Below, in pieces: positions 20,632 through 31,940 of a stretch of DNA of 64,000 nt. Under the pieces are notes generated by a model. That model was not told where the DNA came from and ran no database searches. It worked only from the letters and a program-made list of their open reading frames with translations. Origin of the DNA: an uncultured Acidimicrobiia bacterium (GTDB lineage Bacteria > Acidobacteriota > Terriglobia > Versatilivoradales > Versatilivoraceae); assembly GCA_963786955.1 (NCBI GenBank), contig CAWBAT010000004.1, positions 672,001-736,000 of the forward strand, given 5' to 3'. The position numbers and the translations under genes are program-made. Positions within the stretch are counted from its first letter, which is position 1; each line of letters begins with the position of its first letter.

Positions 20632-23210
20632 CTATAAAAGAGGGGCATCCAGAGTCCTCATCATCACGGAAGACAGGTTCTCCTTGGCACTCTGGTCAAG
20701 CTTACCGCCTCCTTGGGTCAGATAGAAAACATCTATGGCCCGATTCCCTCAGTAGAAATAAGAGCCACTTCAATATTGCACGCGTTCTGAGCGAAAGTTC
20801 GGGCTATGGTTGAGAGCAAACCGTAACGATCGCGTGTGACAATCTCAACGATTGTATACTTCTCTGAAGAACGGTCATCAAAATTTATGAATGTTGCTAC
20901 GGAACCCTTGTGTTTACGCTGGAAGAGGATACTACTTTCCCTTCGCTGGAGCAACTGAGATAAGCTCTCCTCCCCCCCTAAGACCCGTTGCAACGTGAAT
21001 CGAAAATTTTCAATTTCACTCTTGTTGAGTTTGAACGTTTGGAGTTCGTCTTCAAATTCTATGATGTCCAAAATCATTCCACGATTGTTCGCAAAAGCTT
21101 GGCCTCTCAAAATATTCATCCCAAAATAAGACAATACCCCGGTTAAGTCTGCAAATAGGAACGGACGATCGAAGGCCATGAGGCTCAATTCGAAAGTAGT
21201 ACGGGACCGCACCAATTTGAAAGCTACATCATTCGGGGTCTTCAATTTCTCGGAGAGGCGAAAGTGGTCGGCAATCTTTCTCTTGGGCGTAAAACGAAGA
21301 TAGCGGCGGGGAAACCCATCCAGGAACACCCGAAGCTGATCTTTATAAGTCTCTGAGGCAGAGCCCAGTTGAGTGGCGACTTCTTGCATCAAATTCCCAT
21401 CGGCCTGTGTCCGCCAGCGATCATCTGCAAACTGGCGCGTCAGCTGAGCTTCGGTTTCAACATAAAGCTGCCACAGCAAATCTGCTTTCCAGGGGGTCAG
21501 CGCTTCAGAGCTGACTGCCTTGATATCCGCATAGGTTACAAGACAGAGCATCCGCAAATTCTCCTGAGACCCGACGAAATCCGCAAACCGTTTGATCACG
21601 GATTCGTCGGTAATATCTCTTCTCTGAAAGGTCACGGACATCTCAAGATGGTTCTGAACCAGGAATTGGATCGTACTGGTCTCCTCCTCTAAGATGCGAA
21701 GGCGGCTGGAAATCGCGTCGATCGCTCGCAAGCTGTTCTCACAATGGTTGCCGGGGTCTGCCTTCCCCACATCATGGAAAAGCATGGAGAACAAAACCAG
21801 GTCCGGTCGAGGAAGGGCTTTGAGAATCCCAGCAAAACGTCTTTCTTTGGCCTTCCTCGTGTGGTAGAGGTCTTCTAAATTCTTGATGGTCAACAAAGAA
21901 TGTTCGTCCACTGTATATTTGTGAAAGAAGTCCTGGATCACGTGACAGCGGATGCGGTCAAATTCCGGGAAAATAGCACCCAGTAATCCAATTTCATGCA
22001 TTAACACGAGGGCTTGATAAATTCCTCTGGGTTGTTTGAGCAACTTCAAGAAGAGATCCCGCACTTCATTGGAACTACGGGTTTCTTCATCGATCAGATC
22101 GAGGTGTTTCTTGACTTGATCTAAAGCCTGCTCGCTCACTGGGATCTGGTATTTCACCGAACGGCAAAACAACTTCAACATGTTGGCGGGGTGATCGACA
22201 ATGACCGCTTCACTCGGGAAACCGAGGGCCCCGCGACGGACTATGGTTGTGCTCCAGTGAGGGGACTGCAGCCTCCCGGCAGTTTTTCGGGTTGGAGGAA
22301 AGGCTCGCCGGATCATCGACTCTCTAAAGCCATAGATCGACTTGGCTCTCAGAAAATAGTCTTTCATCAGGCGCTCAACGGCAGAGCTACTTTCTCCCTC
22401 ATAACCCAAGAGTCCAGCGATCTCAATCTGTAAGTCGTGCGAAAGCACATTCCGATTTCGCCCCGTAAGAAAATGTAAGTGGTTCCGAGCGAGCAGCAGA
22501 AATTGTTGTGCATCAACATTCCGAGAGAGTTCCTCTGTCGTCAAGAGATCATGGGCCGGGTAGTCTTCGAGGCGCTCGAGATCGAAAAGGATCCTTCCGA
22601 TCCACCGCGACAACTGAAAATCGCGCAACCCGCCTGGCGCATCTTTGATGTCCGGCTCGAGTTGATAAATGGTTTCGTTGAATCGCTTATGCCTCTCTTC
22701 ATTGGAAGCAATTAATGCTTTCAAGATCTCTTTCTTACGTCTCGAGAGAACACGAGGAAGCTCCTCGCTTTTGAAATATTGAAAAATCGTGTGTTCTCCG
22801 GCAATAAAGCGGATGTCCAACAGCGCTGTGGCAAGTTCCAAATTTCTCAACTCGAAATCATAATGTCTCAGCTGCAGGACATGCTGTCCGATGTTGAGTC
22901 CAAGGTCCCAAAGAGGATGAAGAAAGGCTCGGAGGAATTTCTCGTCGCTGGAAAGCAGCGGATTCTCGAAAAGTAAAATAATGTCCACATCGGAGTGAGG
23001 ATGCAATTCACGTCGGCCAAATCCTCCCGTCGCCAATAAGGCAACCTTGCTTCCGCTTGCTTCCAGAAGCGGATGCGCCTCGGAGAACGAGTCAGAAACA
23101 ACCTTCTCCATCAACTGGGTAACTTCGCCCAGAACCAGCCGCGCATCCCTGGACCCGATCAAGTGTTCCCTGATATCATTTAATTCTTGGTCGAATTTTT
23201 CACGTTTCAT
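20632..23210 (-). CDS. glnD: [Protein-PII] uridylyltransferase; apparent frameshift near 20743-20748 (ORF as read stops at 20733)
   Basis: GGFGRRELHPHSDVD, EPDIKDAPGGLRD, HKYTVDEH, HD domain, ACT domains; adding one base restores EGNRAIDVFYLT...DAPLL*. Confidence 0.92.
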
Positions 23211-23386
23211 GTCTTGAGCCAACCGTGTTTTTTAGCCGACTTGAAAAGAATATGCAAGAACCATAGCAAAAGTGATGATTTCTGCGTGGAGTTAAAATCA
23301 GGGGATGTTGACAATCTGGGCAAGATAGAGGAAATTTTGTCTGTGAACACACATTGGAGAATCCATTCATTAGCAAGGAGAGAGCC

Positions 23387-24355
23387 ATGAAGGCGGTTAA
23401 AATTCACCAATTCGGGGGCCCAGACGTATTGTCCTTTGAAGACGCCGCCACCACTGAGCCAGGAAAAGGTAATGCTGCAGTTAACATCAAGGCGATCGGC
23501 GTAAACTATATCGATATTTACCATCGGACCGGCCTCTACAAAGTCCCTGTTCCTTTCACTCCTGGCATGGAAGCTGCCGGCGTCGTCGAATCTGTCGGTC
23601 CGGGTGTAACGGATTTAAAGCCCGGAGACCGAGTTGGATATGCTATGGCCATTGGATCGTATGCAGAAAGAGCCATCGTGCCTTCCTGGCAACTCGTTAA
23701 ACTACCAGAGGAAGTTAGTTTCGAGCTAGCCGCGGCAGGTCTTTTGCAAGGCATGACAGCGCATTACTTGACACAGACGACTTACCCAATCCAGAAAGGG
23801 GACACCGTGCTTATCCATGCAGCGGCCGGAGGCGCGGGTTTGCTCATCATCCAGATGGCAAAACAGCGGGGTGCTCGTGTCATTGGCACAGTCTCTTCCA
23901 GGGAAAAGGCCGAATTAGCCCGGGAGACTGGAGCAGATGAAGTCATTCTCTACACCGAAACTGATTTTGAAAGTGAGGTTAAAAGACTGACCGAAGGGAA
24001 AGGCGTCCCGGTTGTTTATGATTCCGTTGGAAAGACTACCTTCGAAAAGAGCTTGAATTGTCTTCGTACTAGAGGAATGTTGGTTTTGTTTGGGCAATCC
24101 AGTGGAGTGGTTCCTCCTTTCGATCCAGGGATTTTGGCCTCCAAGGGCTCATTGTTCTTGACCCGGCCTTCCTTGGGTCACTATACCCTAACCCAAGAGG
24201 AACTCCTTTGGCGGGCAAGAGATATCTTAAATTGGACCTCTTCCGGGAAACTTAAGATCCGTATTCACCAGACATATCCTCTTGCCGAAGCTGCTGCGGC
24301 CCATCGTCATCTGGAGTCACGACAGTCCACCGGCAAATTGCTGTTGATCCCCTGA
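23387..24355 (+). CDS. qor: NADPH:quinone oxidoreductase (MDR family)
   Basis: GVNYIDIY, PGMEAAG, HAAAGGAG, GSLFLTRPSL; AAGGAG RBS before ATG 23387. Confidence 0.9.
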   Translation: MKAVKIHQFGGPDVLSFEDAATTEPGKGNAAVNIKAIGVNYIDIYHRTGLYKVPVPFTPGMEAAGVVESVGPGVTDLKPGDRVGYAMAIGSYAERAIVPSWQLVKLPEEVSFELAAAGLLQGMTAHYLTQTTYPIQKGDTVLIHAAAGGAGLLIIQMAKQRGARVIGTVSSREKAELARETGADEVILYTETDFESEVKRLTEGKGVPVVYDSVGKTTFEKSLNCLRTRGMLVLFGQSSGVVPPFDPGILASKGSLFLTRPSLGHYTLTQEELLWRARDILNWTSSGKLKIRIHQTYPLAEAAAAHRHLESRQSTGKLLLIP

Positions 24356-24469
24356 ACTTTCCGTGGACTTACCAAGTGGAAAGCTCTCGCGCGACGGGAG
24401 GCAAAAAGGCCTGAAGAGCTAGTTCATCCATGATTCGGCTTGGTTGGCCTACAAGATCTTTGTAAATTC

Positions 24470-24958
24470 TTATTTTTCAGAGCGTCTTTTTCTGCTCAAC
24501 ACCTGCTGAAGGGCATAACTGTCAGGATCCGATAACATCAGAATTGAACTGAGAGCCAGGAAGAAAAAATTTCTCATGAGACTCAATGGCCCGATCATTT
24601 CCCCCCCAGAGGCAAAGCACCCACAATGAATATTAAGCCCCCGAAATAGGGCTGTGCTCATGGCAGCGATGAAGGTCACAAACAACCCACTGCTGAGGAT
24701 GGCAACGCTCCGGGTGAAAACTCCAAGAAGCAAGAAGACGCCACAAAACCATTCAACCCATGGAAGCGTGGCAGCAGCATACCTCACCCACTGAGGGGAC
24801 GGAATGAGCTGATAAGCAACCAAATTCTCGGCAAAGGACTGAGGATCCAAGATTTTTCCGAAGCTGGAAACGAAAAAAACGATTCCCAATAATAGGCGAA
24901 CAGAGAAAAGGGTTTTCGGATGAGCAAGAATTTCCCTCAACTTATTTTCGTGCTGCAT
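24470..24958 (-). CDS. DoxX/MauE-family membrane protein
   Basis: RLLLG...K, LPWVE, GLNIHCGCF, RN motifs. Confidence 0.85.
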   Translation of the reverse strand: MQHENKLREILAHPKTLFSVRLLLGIVFFVSSFGKILDPQSFAENLVAYQLIPSPQWVRYAAATLPWVEWFCGVFLLLGVFTRSVAILSSGLFVTFIAAMSTALFRGLNIHCGCFASGGEMIGPLSLMRNFFFLALSSILMLSDPDSYALQQVLSRKRRSEK

Positions 24959-25496
24959 TTTTTCCGCTTCCTCTTTCGACTGGATTCCCACCGAGAAACC
25001 ATTCTGAATAGCCGCCAAAATAGATCTTGAGCCGCTTAAATCCCTTCTTGGCAAGCGATCCCGCCAAAATCTGCGCCAAGCTACAGTCGTGCCCCCCGCA
25101 ATAAACCGCCAATAATTGGTCATGAGTGACTTGAGCGGCGAACTGTGGAAAAAAAGTCTCCATTTCTAAGGCAGGAAGATTGTATGCGCCAGGGATATGC
25201 CCTGCTTCAAAATCCTTTACCGCTCGGCCATCGACCAACACGACTCCTCCGCTTGAAACAAGGGTTTTAAGTTCGCCCAACTCAACTCGCTCCGGGGTAA
25301 CGGAAGTTTTGGGCGGCGAATCATCAATCGGTACGAAGATAGAGTGACCGTCCACTTGTTTCATTGTGAAAGTCCTTTTCTCTGGCCCCCTCAGAAATGG
25401 GCGATTGATTAAAACACCGATCCAAGCCGATCCGGCTATGAGAATGGAAATGACGATGAGAACTTTTAAAATGCCTGAGGCGTTTATCCGAGTCAT
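24942..25496 (-). CDS. Membrane-anchored rhodanese-like protein
   Basis: VDGR, GHIPGA, VYCGGHDC, GGYSEW; N-terminal TM helix. Confidence 0.88.
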   Translation of the reverse strand: MTRINASGILKVLIVISILIAGSAWIGVLINRPFLRGPEKRTFTMKQVDGHSIFVPIDDSPPKTSVTPERVELGELKTLVSSGGVVLVDGRAVKDFEAGHIPGAYNLPALEMETFFPQFAAQVTHDQLLAVYCGGHDCSLAQILAGSLAKKGFKRLKIYFGGYSEWFLGGNPVERGSGKNAARK

Positions 25497-25802
25497 GATC
25501 TCTTCCCAAACCGCTTTCTGGAAATAGTCCCTTAGCCTCGTGCGGGAAAGGGGGGCCATGGTTCACATCATCGGTATCACCGCAAGTTTGCTTTAACATC
25601 CATCAGTTGAATCATTCCCTCTAATATTCATCCGATAAATATAAGAAGTGTCTGGGACGATTGAGGGAAAATCGAAAGATTCTTAAAGTTAAGCACAATC
25701 GTTTGTCCATTCAAAATGTGCTATATTCTCATCCTCAAGTCATCGCGAATGAGATTTTACTAAAGTCTCCAGCCAGTAGGTCGAATAGCTAGAACGAGTT
25801 AA

Positions 25803-27125
25803 GTGAATATTCTTCTGATTTATCAACAGCTGACAACGCTGGCAGCTCTAAAAGAGTTTGCGCTTGCAGAAAATCACTCTCTTGTCTCTAGATCTAGCCT
25901 CGAAGAGGGTCTTGCCTCTCTTGAGAGCTCGAATGGAGATTTGGTAATCATTGAACTGGGAAGCCATTTAACGGCAATGAGGCAAACACTGCAGGAGAAA
26001 TGGACCAATCGAAAGGCTCCCCCTACCTTTTTTCTCGGCCAGGGTGCGGATGAAGAGGTTTCGTTGGCTTGGGATCTTGGCGCGCAGTTCTTCCTGAATA
26101 GTCCAGTTCATCCCAAAATTCTCTCCATGGCGGTCAATTTAATTCGTGACAAGATCCAGTTGATGCAAACCATTTATCTTGCTGAAAAGGAAAATACAAA
26201 AGTCCAGAAAGAACTGGATGGATCGGTGGTTCGTCAAAGAGAGGCGATTCTAGAGCGTGAGTTGACTTACCGGGAATTGCTGCTAGCCTACTCTCGATTG
26301 CAGGAACTCAATCAATTAAAGAATAACTTTCTGGCCAAAGCAACTCACGAGCTCAGAACCCCCGTAACAGTCATCAAAGGCTATCATCGCATCTTGCTAG
26401 ACGCGCGATTGGGTGAACTTCTCCCCCAACAAAAAGAAGTTCTTTTGGAATCGGAACAAAGCTGCGCCAGGTTAATCCGAATCGTCAACTCACTTCTTGA
26501 CTTTTCCCGAATAGAAGCTGGGAAGTTGGAACTTGTTTATCAGGAATATGACTTGGCATCGAATGCAAAGCTCGTCGCAAGTCAAATTAAAGAAACGGCC
26601 AATAAGAAGGATCTGCTTTTGCGTGTAAGGATCAATAAGGATGTGCCCCAGCTAAATTGTGATCGAGAGAAAATCAATCAGGTTCTCACAAACCTGCTGG
26701 ACAATGCGGTCAAGTTTACACCGACCGGCGGGCGCGTCTCCCTTTCTGCTTGGCCTCTCTCCTGGGATAAGGGGAATCTGCCAACTCGTCGCCCGAGTTC
26801 TGCTCATACGAGAAAAGAAGAGCATTCGACCAGTCAACCCAATGGGAGTTTGGCAAAAAACGCCGTTCTGATTGAAATCTGTGACACGGGTCCTGGTATT
26901 TCACCTCAACATCAAAGTGAGATTTTCGAAGAATTCACTCAGATTTCTTCTCAGTTGTTGCAGCGGTCGGGACTCGGTCTGGGCTTGGCCATATCCAGGC
27001 GGATTATTGAAGCTCATGGAGGAACGATCTGGGTTGAAAGCGAAATTAATAAAGGCAGCCGTTTTGCGTTTGTGCTGCCGATGAGTCCTGGTGGGGCCAT
27101 GGGAATGAAACCAGAAGTCAACTAG
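25803..27125 (+). CDS. Cytoplasmic histidine kinase with degenerate N-terminal receiver-like domain
   Basis: H-box THELRTP, N-box NLLDNAVKFT, DTGPGI, GLGLGL. Confidence 0.9.
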   Translation: MNILLIYQQLTTLAALKEFALAENHSLVSRSSLEEGLASLESSNGDLVIIELGSHLTAMRQTLQEKWTNRKAPPTFFLGQGADEEVSLAWDLGAQFFLNSPVHPKILSMAVNLIRDKIQLMQTIYLAEKENTKVQKELDGSVVRQREAILERELTYRELLLAYSRLQELNQLKNNFLAKATHELRTPVTVIKGYHRILLDARLGELLPQQKEVLLESEQSCARLIRIVNSLLDFSRIEAGKLELVYQEYDLASNAKLVASQIKETANKKDLLLRVRINKDVPQLNCDREKINQVLTNLLDNAVKFTPTGGRVSLSAWPLSWDKGNLPTRRPSSAHTRKEEHSTSQPNGSLAKNAVLIEICDTGPGISPQHQSEIFEEFTQISSQLLQRSGLGLGLAISRRIIEAHGGTIWVESEINKGSRFAFVLPMSPGGAMGMKPEVN

Positions 27126-27162
27126 TGGATCCATTCTGTGTTTTGAGTTTGGAAATGGTGTT

Positions 27163-28575
27163 ATGAACGAAATCACATCAATCTTAGTCGTCGATGATGA
27201 AGAGGGAATCAGGAATTACCTAAGAACTCTCTTAAAGCTGAAGGGCTATGAAGTCACTACCGTCTCGAGCGGAAATGAAGCCATTGAATATTTTGGCGCG
27301 AATCCCCCGCCTTCGCTGATCCTAATGGACATTCTGATGCCCAATATCGATGGCATCGAAACGCTGAAGCGTTTGAGAAAATCGAACAAGGAACTTCCTG
27401 TCATCATGTTGTCCTGCATTGGTGAAACCCGTACGATTGTCGAAGCGATGAGATCGGGTGCCACGGACTACCTCAACAAGCCCTTCGAGGAAGCCGAGTT
27501 GGAGATTGCGATTTTAAAAGCGTTAGATCGCAAGAAACTCGTCGAAGAAAACAAGATTCTGCGCGAGCAGAATGAGCAACTCACCGAGGAATATCGCTTT
27601 ATTGCTTCGAATCCTAAAATGGTCAGGATTCGTGAACTCATTACTCAAATCGCAGATACGGATGTCACCGTGTTTATCCAGGGAGAAAGCGGCGTGGGAA
27701 AAGAGATTGTGGCACGCGAAATCCATCGGGGATCTCCCAGACGGGATAAGCCGTTTGTCAAGGTCAACTGTGCTGCTCTCCCCTCGGAGTTGCTGGAAAG
27801 CGAGCTCTTTGGTTATGAACGGGGTGCTTTTACGGGGGCGTTTCGCCTCAAACAAGGGAAGTTCGAATTAGCCAATTACGGAACCTTGTTCTTGGATGAG
27901 ATTGGAGACATGGCTCCAGTCCTTCAGGCCAAACTGCTCCATGTCTTGCAGGATAGCGAGTACTCAAGGCTCGGCGGGAAAAAGAACGTAGTCATTGACG
28001 TGCGAATTCTGGCAGCCACTAACCAGAACCTGGAACAGGGCATGCAGGATGGCCGATTTCGTGAAGACCTCTATTATAGATTAAATGTCGTCAACATCAC
28101 AATCCCCCCTTTGCGTGAACGAAAGGAAGAAATCCCACTGCTTTGTGAACATTTCGTCCACAAACACCACCGGAAATATAACATCGGGGCTCAGCCCATA
28201 ACCCAAAGCCTCATGGGATACATGCTGCAATACGATTGGCCCGGCAATATCCGCGAGCTTGAGAATGTCATGAAGCGGTTTGTTATCTTTGGAAACGAGC
28301 AACAAATCATTGAAGAACTGGTCCAGAAATCTGAAGATCGAAGGAAGGTTGAAAAGGTTCCCCATGAAAAGCCAGGCGTTGAGACGGTTAATGATGACGC
28401 CGTTGGAGGAATGAGCCTCAAAAATATGAGTCGGAGCCTTACCTCCACCGCCGAAAAAGAGGTAATCTTGAGAGCTTTGCAACAGACTCAATGGAACCGG
28501 AAACAAGCGGCAACCATGCTTAATGTGAGCTACAAAACGTTACTAAACAAAATCAGAAAATTGGACATCAAATGA
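27163..28575 (+). CDS. Sigma54-dependent response regulator (NtrC family)
   Basis: Receiver domain, GESGVGKE, GAFTGA, WPGNIRELEN, Fis-type HTH. Confidence 0.93.
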   Translation: MNEITSILVVDDEEGIRNYLRTLLKLKGYEVTTVSSGNEAIEYFGANPPPSLILMDILMPNIDGIETLKRLRKSNKELPVIMLSCIGETRTIVEAMRSGATDYLNKPFEEAELEIAILKALDRKKLVEENKILREQNEQLTEEYRFIASNPKMVRIRELITQIADTDVTVFIQGESGVGKEIVAREIHRGSPRRDKPFVKVNCAALPSELLESELFGYERGAFTGAFRLKQGKFELANYGTLFLDEIGDMAPVLQAKLLHVLQDSEYSRLGGKKNVVIDVRILAATNQNLEQGMQDGRFREDLYYRLNVVNITIPPLRERKEEIPLLCEHFVHKHHRKYNIGAQPITQSLMGYMLQYDWPGNIRELENVMKRFVIFGNEQQIIEELVQKSEDRRKVEKVPHEKPGVETVNDDAVGGMSLKNMSRSLTSTAEKEVILRALQQTQWNRKQAATMLNVSYKTLLNKIRKLDIK

Positions 28576-28742
28576 GTCAGTCTTTCCGTTAATTTTTTCA
28601 GACGGATTTCCCCCCTGCATTACCACTTGCCAATCCCTGCTTCCTCTTTCCTCCCGAGTCAAATTGCCCCGGGAAAGAGCTCTCCGCTGACTTCCGAGGA
28701 TCGCAAAGAGAAGCAAATCACTGTCCGCTAGAGAACGAGAGG

Positions 28743-29111
28743 TTACTTGAGGACCAGCTGCAGCAATGAGATCAAACTTGCGGCAGTGAATGGTTTCGGC
28801 AGAAAAAGCACACAACCCGAAGAAAAGCTTCTCTTGATCATGTCTGTCTCTTTGCTGGCCGTCACCATGATGACGGGGATATTCTTGAAAATTGGGTCAT
28901 TCTTGACCACCTGGGCCAAAGCATTGCCGTCCATTTGAGGCATCAAAGCATCCGTGATGATCGCATCAAACTTGTCCTGCTTCAGGAGCTCCACGGCGAG
29001 AGCCCCATTGAGGGCAGTGGAGACTTTAAATTCCTTTTGTGTCAAGATGGTCTTGACTAAGGTCAATATGTTTTGATCGTCGTCCACAACCAGAATATGC
29101 TTCTGAGCCAT
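28743..29111 (-). CDS. Single-domain response regulator (receiver)
   Basis: VVDDD, TDALMP, VTA, KPF. Confidence 0.9.
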   Translation of the reverse strand: MAQKHILVVDDDQNILTLVKTILTQKEFKVSTALNGALAVELLKQDKFDAIITDALMPQMDGNALAQVVKNDPIFKNIPVIMVTASKETDMIKRSFSSGCVLFLPKPFTAASLISLLQLVLK

Positions 29112-29366
29112 AAACCTTGAACCCTTCGGATTGCCGTTGGTACGAAATCGACCAACTCGTTTGGTGTCATTCTATGACGCGTTAAGGGAAAATCAAGTTA
29201 AACCTTTCGACCTCGTCGTCTTTTGGGGTGTAGCTGGTCGCTGCCGGCTGCGATGACTCCTATTTGAAAGAATGTGCATCGTGAGCGGGTTTCACCTCGA
29301 TCGCTGCCACGAGCATTCAGGAGGACTGTCCAGCCATTCCAGCGATATGGCATAGCACCAGTCTAT

Positions 29367-29867
29367 ATGGAGTATTCATTTTGTCCAAAATGCGGGGGCC
29401 CATTGGAATTGATCGTACTCAAACCTCTTGAGCCCGCACGAATGGTCTGTTCCCGCTGTAAGTTCGTTTTCTTTCAGGACCCCAAAATCGCCGCTTGCTG
29501 TATTGTAAAGATTGACCAAAAAATTGTTTTGCTCCGGCGGAGCATTCAGCCAGGCTACGGCAAGTGGGTTTTTCCCGGTGGTTACGTCGATCGCGGTGAA
29601 ACGGTCACCGCTGCCGCGATTCGAGAGACCCGAGAGGAAATTAACCTCGAGGTGCAGCTGGAGTCTTTACTGGGAGTCTATTCCTACCCTCAAAGCCCCG
29701 TTATCATCGTTGTCTATGTCGCTCGAATGGAAGGTGGAAAGCTTCTCCCAGCCGATGAGACCCTTGAAGTTCGAACTTTCTCCCCTCACGAAATCCCTTG
29801 GGAAGAGCTGGCCTTCCCAAGCACCAAGGAAGCTTTAAAAGACTTCTTTAAAAGCAATAGTTCCTAA
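29367..29867 (+). CDS. NUDIX hydrolase with N-terminal zinc ribbon
   Basis: CPKCG...CSRC and Nudix box GGYVDRGETVTAAAIRETREE. Confidence 0.9.
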   Translation: MEYSFCPKCGGPLELIVLKPLEPARMVCSRCKFVFFQDPKIAACCIVKIDQKIVLLRRSIQPGYGKWVFPGGYVDRGETVTAAAIRETREEINLEVQLESLLGVYSYPQSPVIIVVYVARMEGGKLLPADETLEVRTFSPHEIPWEELAFPSTKEALKDFFKSNSS

Positions 29868-29932
29868 TAACTACTTTACCCGATTAGGATGCAAAGCGGA
29901 CGATCAATCTTTAATGCGGGAGGCACAATGAA

Positions 29933-30325
29933 ATGGACCGGAATAACCCAGCTATTCGCGTCATCATGATGCCAAAAGATACGAACGCGCGGGGGACGAT
30001 CTTCGGTGGGGTTATCCTTAGTTACATCGATCAGGCCGCCGCCGTTGCAGCATACAAACAGTCCAACAAGAATTTTGTCACCAAGGCGATGAATACTGTA
30101 GAGTTCGTCGCTCCGGTCCAACTGGGAGATGTCGTTAGTTTTTATGCCAGCATCGTGCGTTTCGGGACAACTTCCCTCACGGTGAAAGTGGATGTGGAAG
30201 CTGAACGGGCTCAGCCAAAAGGCCAGAAGCAACTTGTAAGAGTCACCGAGGCCGAGGTCGTCTGCGTCGCCGTCGACTCACAGGGTAGACCTATCCCAAT
30301 TCTAGATCGAACCCCACCAGCCTAG
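29933..30325 (+). CDS. Acyl-CoA thioesterase (HotDog, YciA-like)
   Basis: PKDTNARGTIFGG..LSYID.AA motif. Confidence 0.9.
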   Translation: MDRNNPAIRVIMMPKDTNARGTIFGGVILSYIDQAAAVAAYKQSNKNFVTKAMNTVEFVAPVQLGDVVSFYASIVRFGTTSLTVKVDVEAERAQPKGQKQLVRVTEAEVVCVAVDSQGRPIPILDRTPPA

Positions 30326-30459
30326 ATTGGATTAGCCACGTGGAAAAGTGAACTCGGGAAAATTCAAATTAAAGAAATTTGGCCTAAAGTTTTGTCTGGA
30401 TTCTATCGAAAAATAAGTTTGTCGGCGGAGAAAAGCTGACAAAGGATCGACAATTTATC

Positions 30460-30493
30460 GTCAATTAATTGACTATATAGCCAAATAATTGAC
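30460..30493. promoter_or_regulatory. Two tandem enhancer-like boxes, GTCAATTAATTGAC (30460-30473) and GCCAAATAATTGAC (30480-30493)
   Basis: A perfect 14-bp palindrome plus a near-copy 20 bp downstream, about 150-185 bp upstream of a sigma54 promoter; resembles the FleQ box GTCA-N6-TGAC. Confidence 0.6.
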
Positions 30494-30644
30494 TATAAAG
30501 TTGGTAAAGTTACAAATTCGTAATCCAATAAACCCGCCTTCCGTTCCCTCCACTCATTTTTCAGTAAGTTTTATCCCCTTACATTTCAACTCTTTAAACC
30601 TAATCTCACATTTTTAACTCATTTTTTTGATCGGACATTTTTAC

Positions 30645-30661
30645 CTGGTCACACTTTTGCT
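30645..30661 (+). promoter_or_regulatory. Sigma54 (-24/-12) promoter upstream of fliA
   Basis: CTGGTCACACTTTTGCT = GG-N10-GC with TTGC, preceded by an AT-rich tract. Confidence 0.6.
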
Positions 30662-30854
30662 TTAGTGAAGTCATCGTGTTTGGGATTTTGAATAAATAGA
30701 GGTCAGAAGCCAATGATCTTGTCCGGGGTAAGTCGACACAATGCATGTATAGCAGGAAATGACGACAAATCCAGAGAACGACTGATATCCCACTTCGCGA
30801 ATCATCAGTTCTTGACCCCCTCTTTGCTTTATTTCAGGTCTTAGGAGAAAAACG

Positions 30855-31637
30855 ATGTTACAAACCCAGCCCCAGAAGAAAGCTGTAGTCCAAAATCGAA
30901 GTAATTCTGCCAGCCAAAAGCGTGAAGACCTGATCCTGGAACACGTCCCCCTGATCAAGTACCACGCCTACCGATTAGCGAGTCAGTTGCCTCCAAACAT
31001 TGAGATTAATGACCTAATCAACGCTGGGGTTTTGGGTTTGATGGATGCCATTGAAAAGTTTGAGCCGTCCCGCGGAGTCAAATTCAAGACCTATGCAGAA
31101 CTGCGCATCCGCGGAGCCATGATTGACAGCCTCCGAGAACTCGACTGGGCACCGAGGTCTTTAAGAAAGAAGAGTAAAGAGCTGTCGAAGGTATCCCAAA
31201 AGCTGCAGCAGGAACTAGGCCGCGAAGTCAGCGACAATGAAATTTGCGCGGAAATGGGAATCGAACTTGAGGAGCTCTACAAGCTAGAAGACCAACTAAC
31301 TGGGTTAAGCATCGGAAGCTTCTATGATGCATCCCGCAGGTTTGGTGAAGAAGATAGCGACGCTGAAAGTTTGATTAATTATTACCCCGACGACGCTGAA
31401 AAGGGTCCTCCACATGTTTTCGAAAAAGAAGAACTCAAGCAGATTCTAGCAGATGCGGTGGATTGCCTCAGTCGGAAGGAACGTTTGGTTGTTTCCCTAT
31501 ATTACTTCGAAGAATTAACAATGAAAGAAATTGGAGCGGTTTTAAGAGTTAATGAATCAAGAGTTTCACAACTGCACACCAAGGCAATGCTCCGACTGAG
31601 AGGTAAATTAAAGAACTCTTCCTATCGGCCAAAATAA
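30855..31637 (+). CDS. fliA: FliA/WhiG-family sigma-28 factor
   Basis: RIRGAMIDSLRELDWAPRSLR, ELTMKEIG, VNESRVSQLH. Confidence 0.93.
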   Translation: MLQTQPQKKAVVQNRSNSASQKREDLILEHVPLIKYHAYRLASQLPPNIEINDLINAGVLGLMDAIEKFEPSRGVKFKTYAELRIRGAMIDSLRELDWAPRSLRKKSKELSKVSQKLQQELGREVSDNEICAEMGIELEELYKLEDQLTGLSIGSFYDASRRFGEEDSDAESLINYYPDDAEKGPPHVFEKEELKQILADAVDCLSRKERLVVSLYYFEELTMKEIGAVLRVNESRVSQLHTKAMLRLRGKLKNSSYRPK

Positions 31638-31696
31638 AACATCCTCGATAGAAACCAAGGAAATTAAAGCAGTCGCATTGTCAAAATTTTGACTAT

Positions 31697-31816
31697 TCAT
31701 AAGTATTTGATTAATAAGAACAAAAAGAACAAAAAGACGTAGTAGAGCCCCAGGATTCCAATGATGATCAGGCCGACCACCTTTTCAAAGTTCCATTTGA
31801 TTTTTGGCTTTGTCAT
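31697..31816 (-). CDS. Putative 39 aa single-TM small protein
   Basis: Hand-translated MTKPKIKWNFEKVVGLIIIGILGLYYVFLFFLFLLIKYL*; no clear RBS. Confidence 0.45.
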   Translation of the reverse strand: MTKPKIKWNFEKVVGLIIIGILGLYYVFLFFLFLLIKYL

Positions 31817-31940
31817 CTAAGATTGGGACGATCAAACAATCAACCTTTATTTCAACTCCACACGACAATAAGCGACGGGACTCGATAAAAGACAGGGTCA
31901 AAGGCTTTTCTGCGGAACTAACTCATGAAGAGCTGGTGAG

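Noticed and set aside
30385-30412. Sigma28 promoter (TAAAGTTT...ATCGAAAA) upstream of fliA
   Set aside because: The -10 element matches GCCGATAA poorly and the spacing is off by one.
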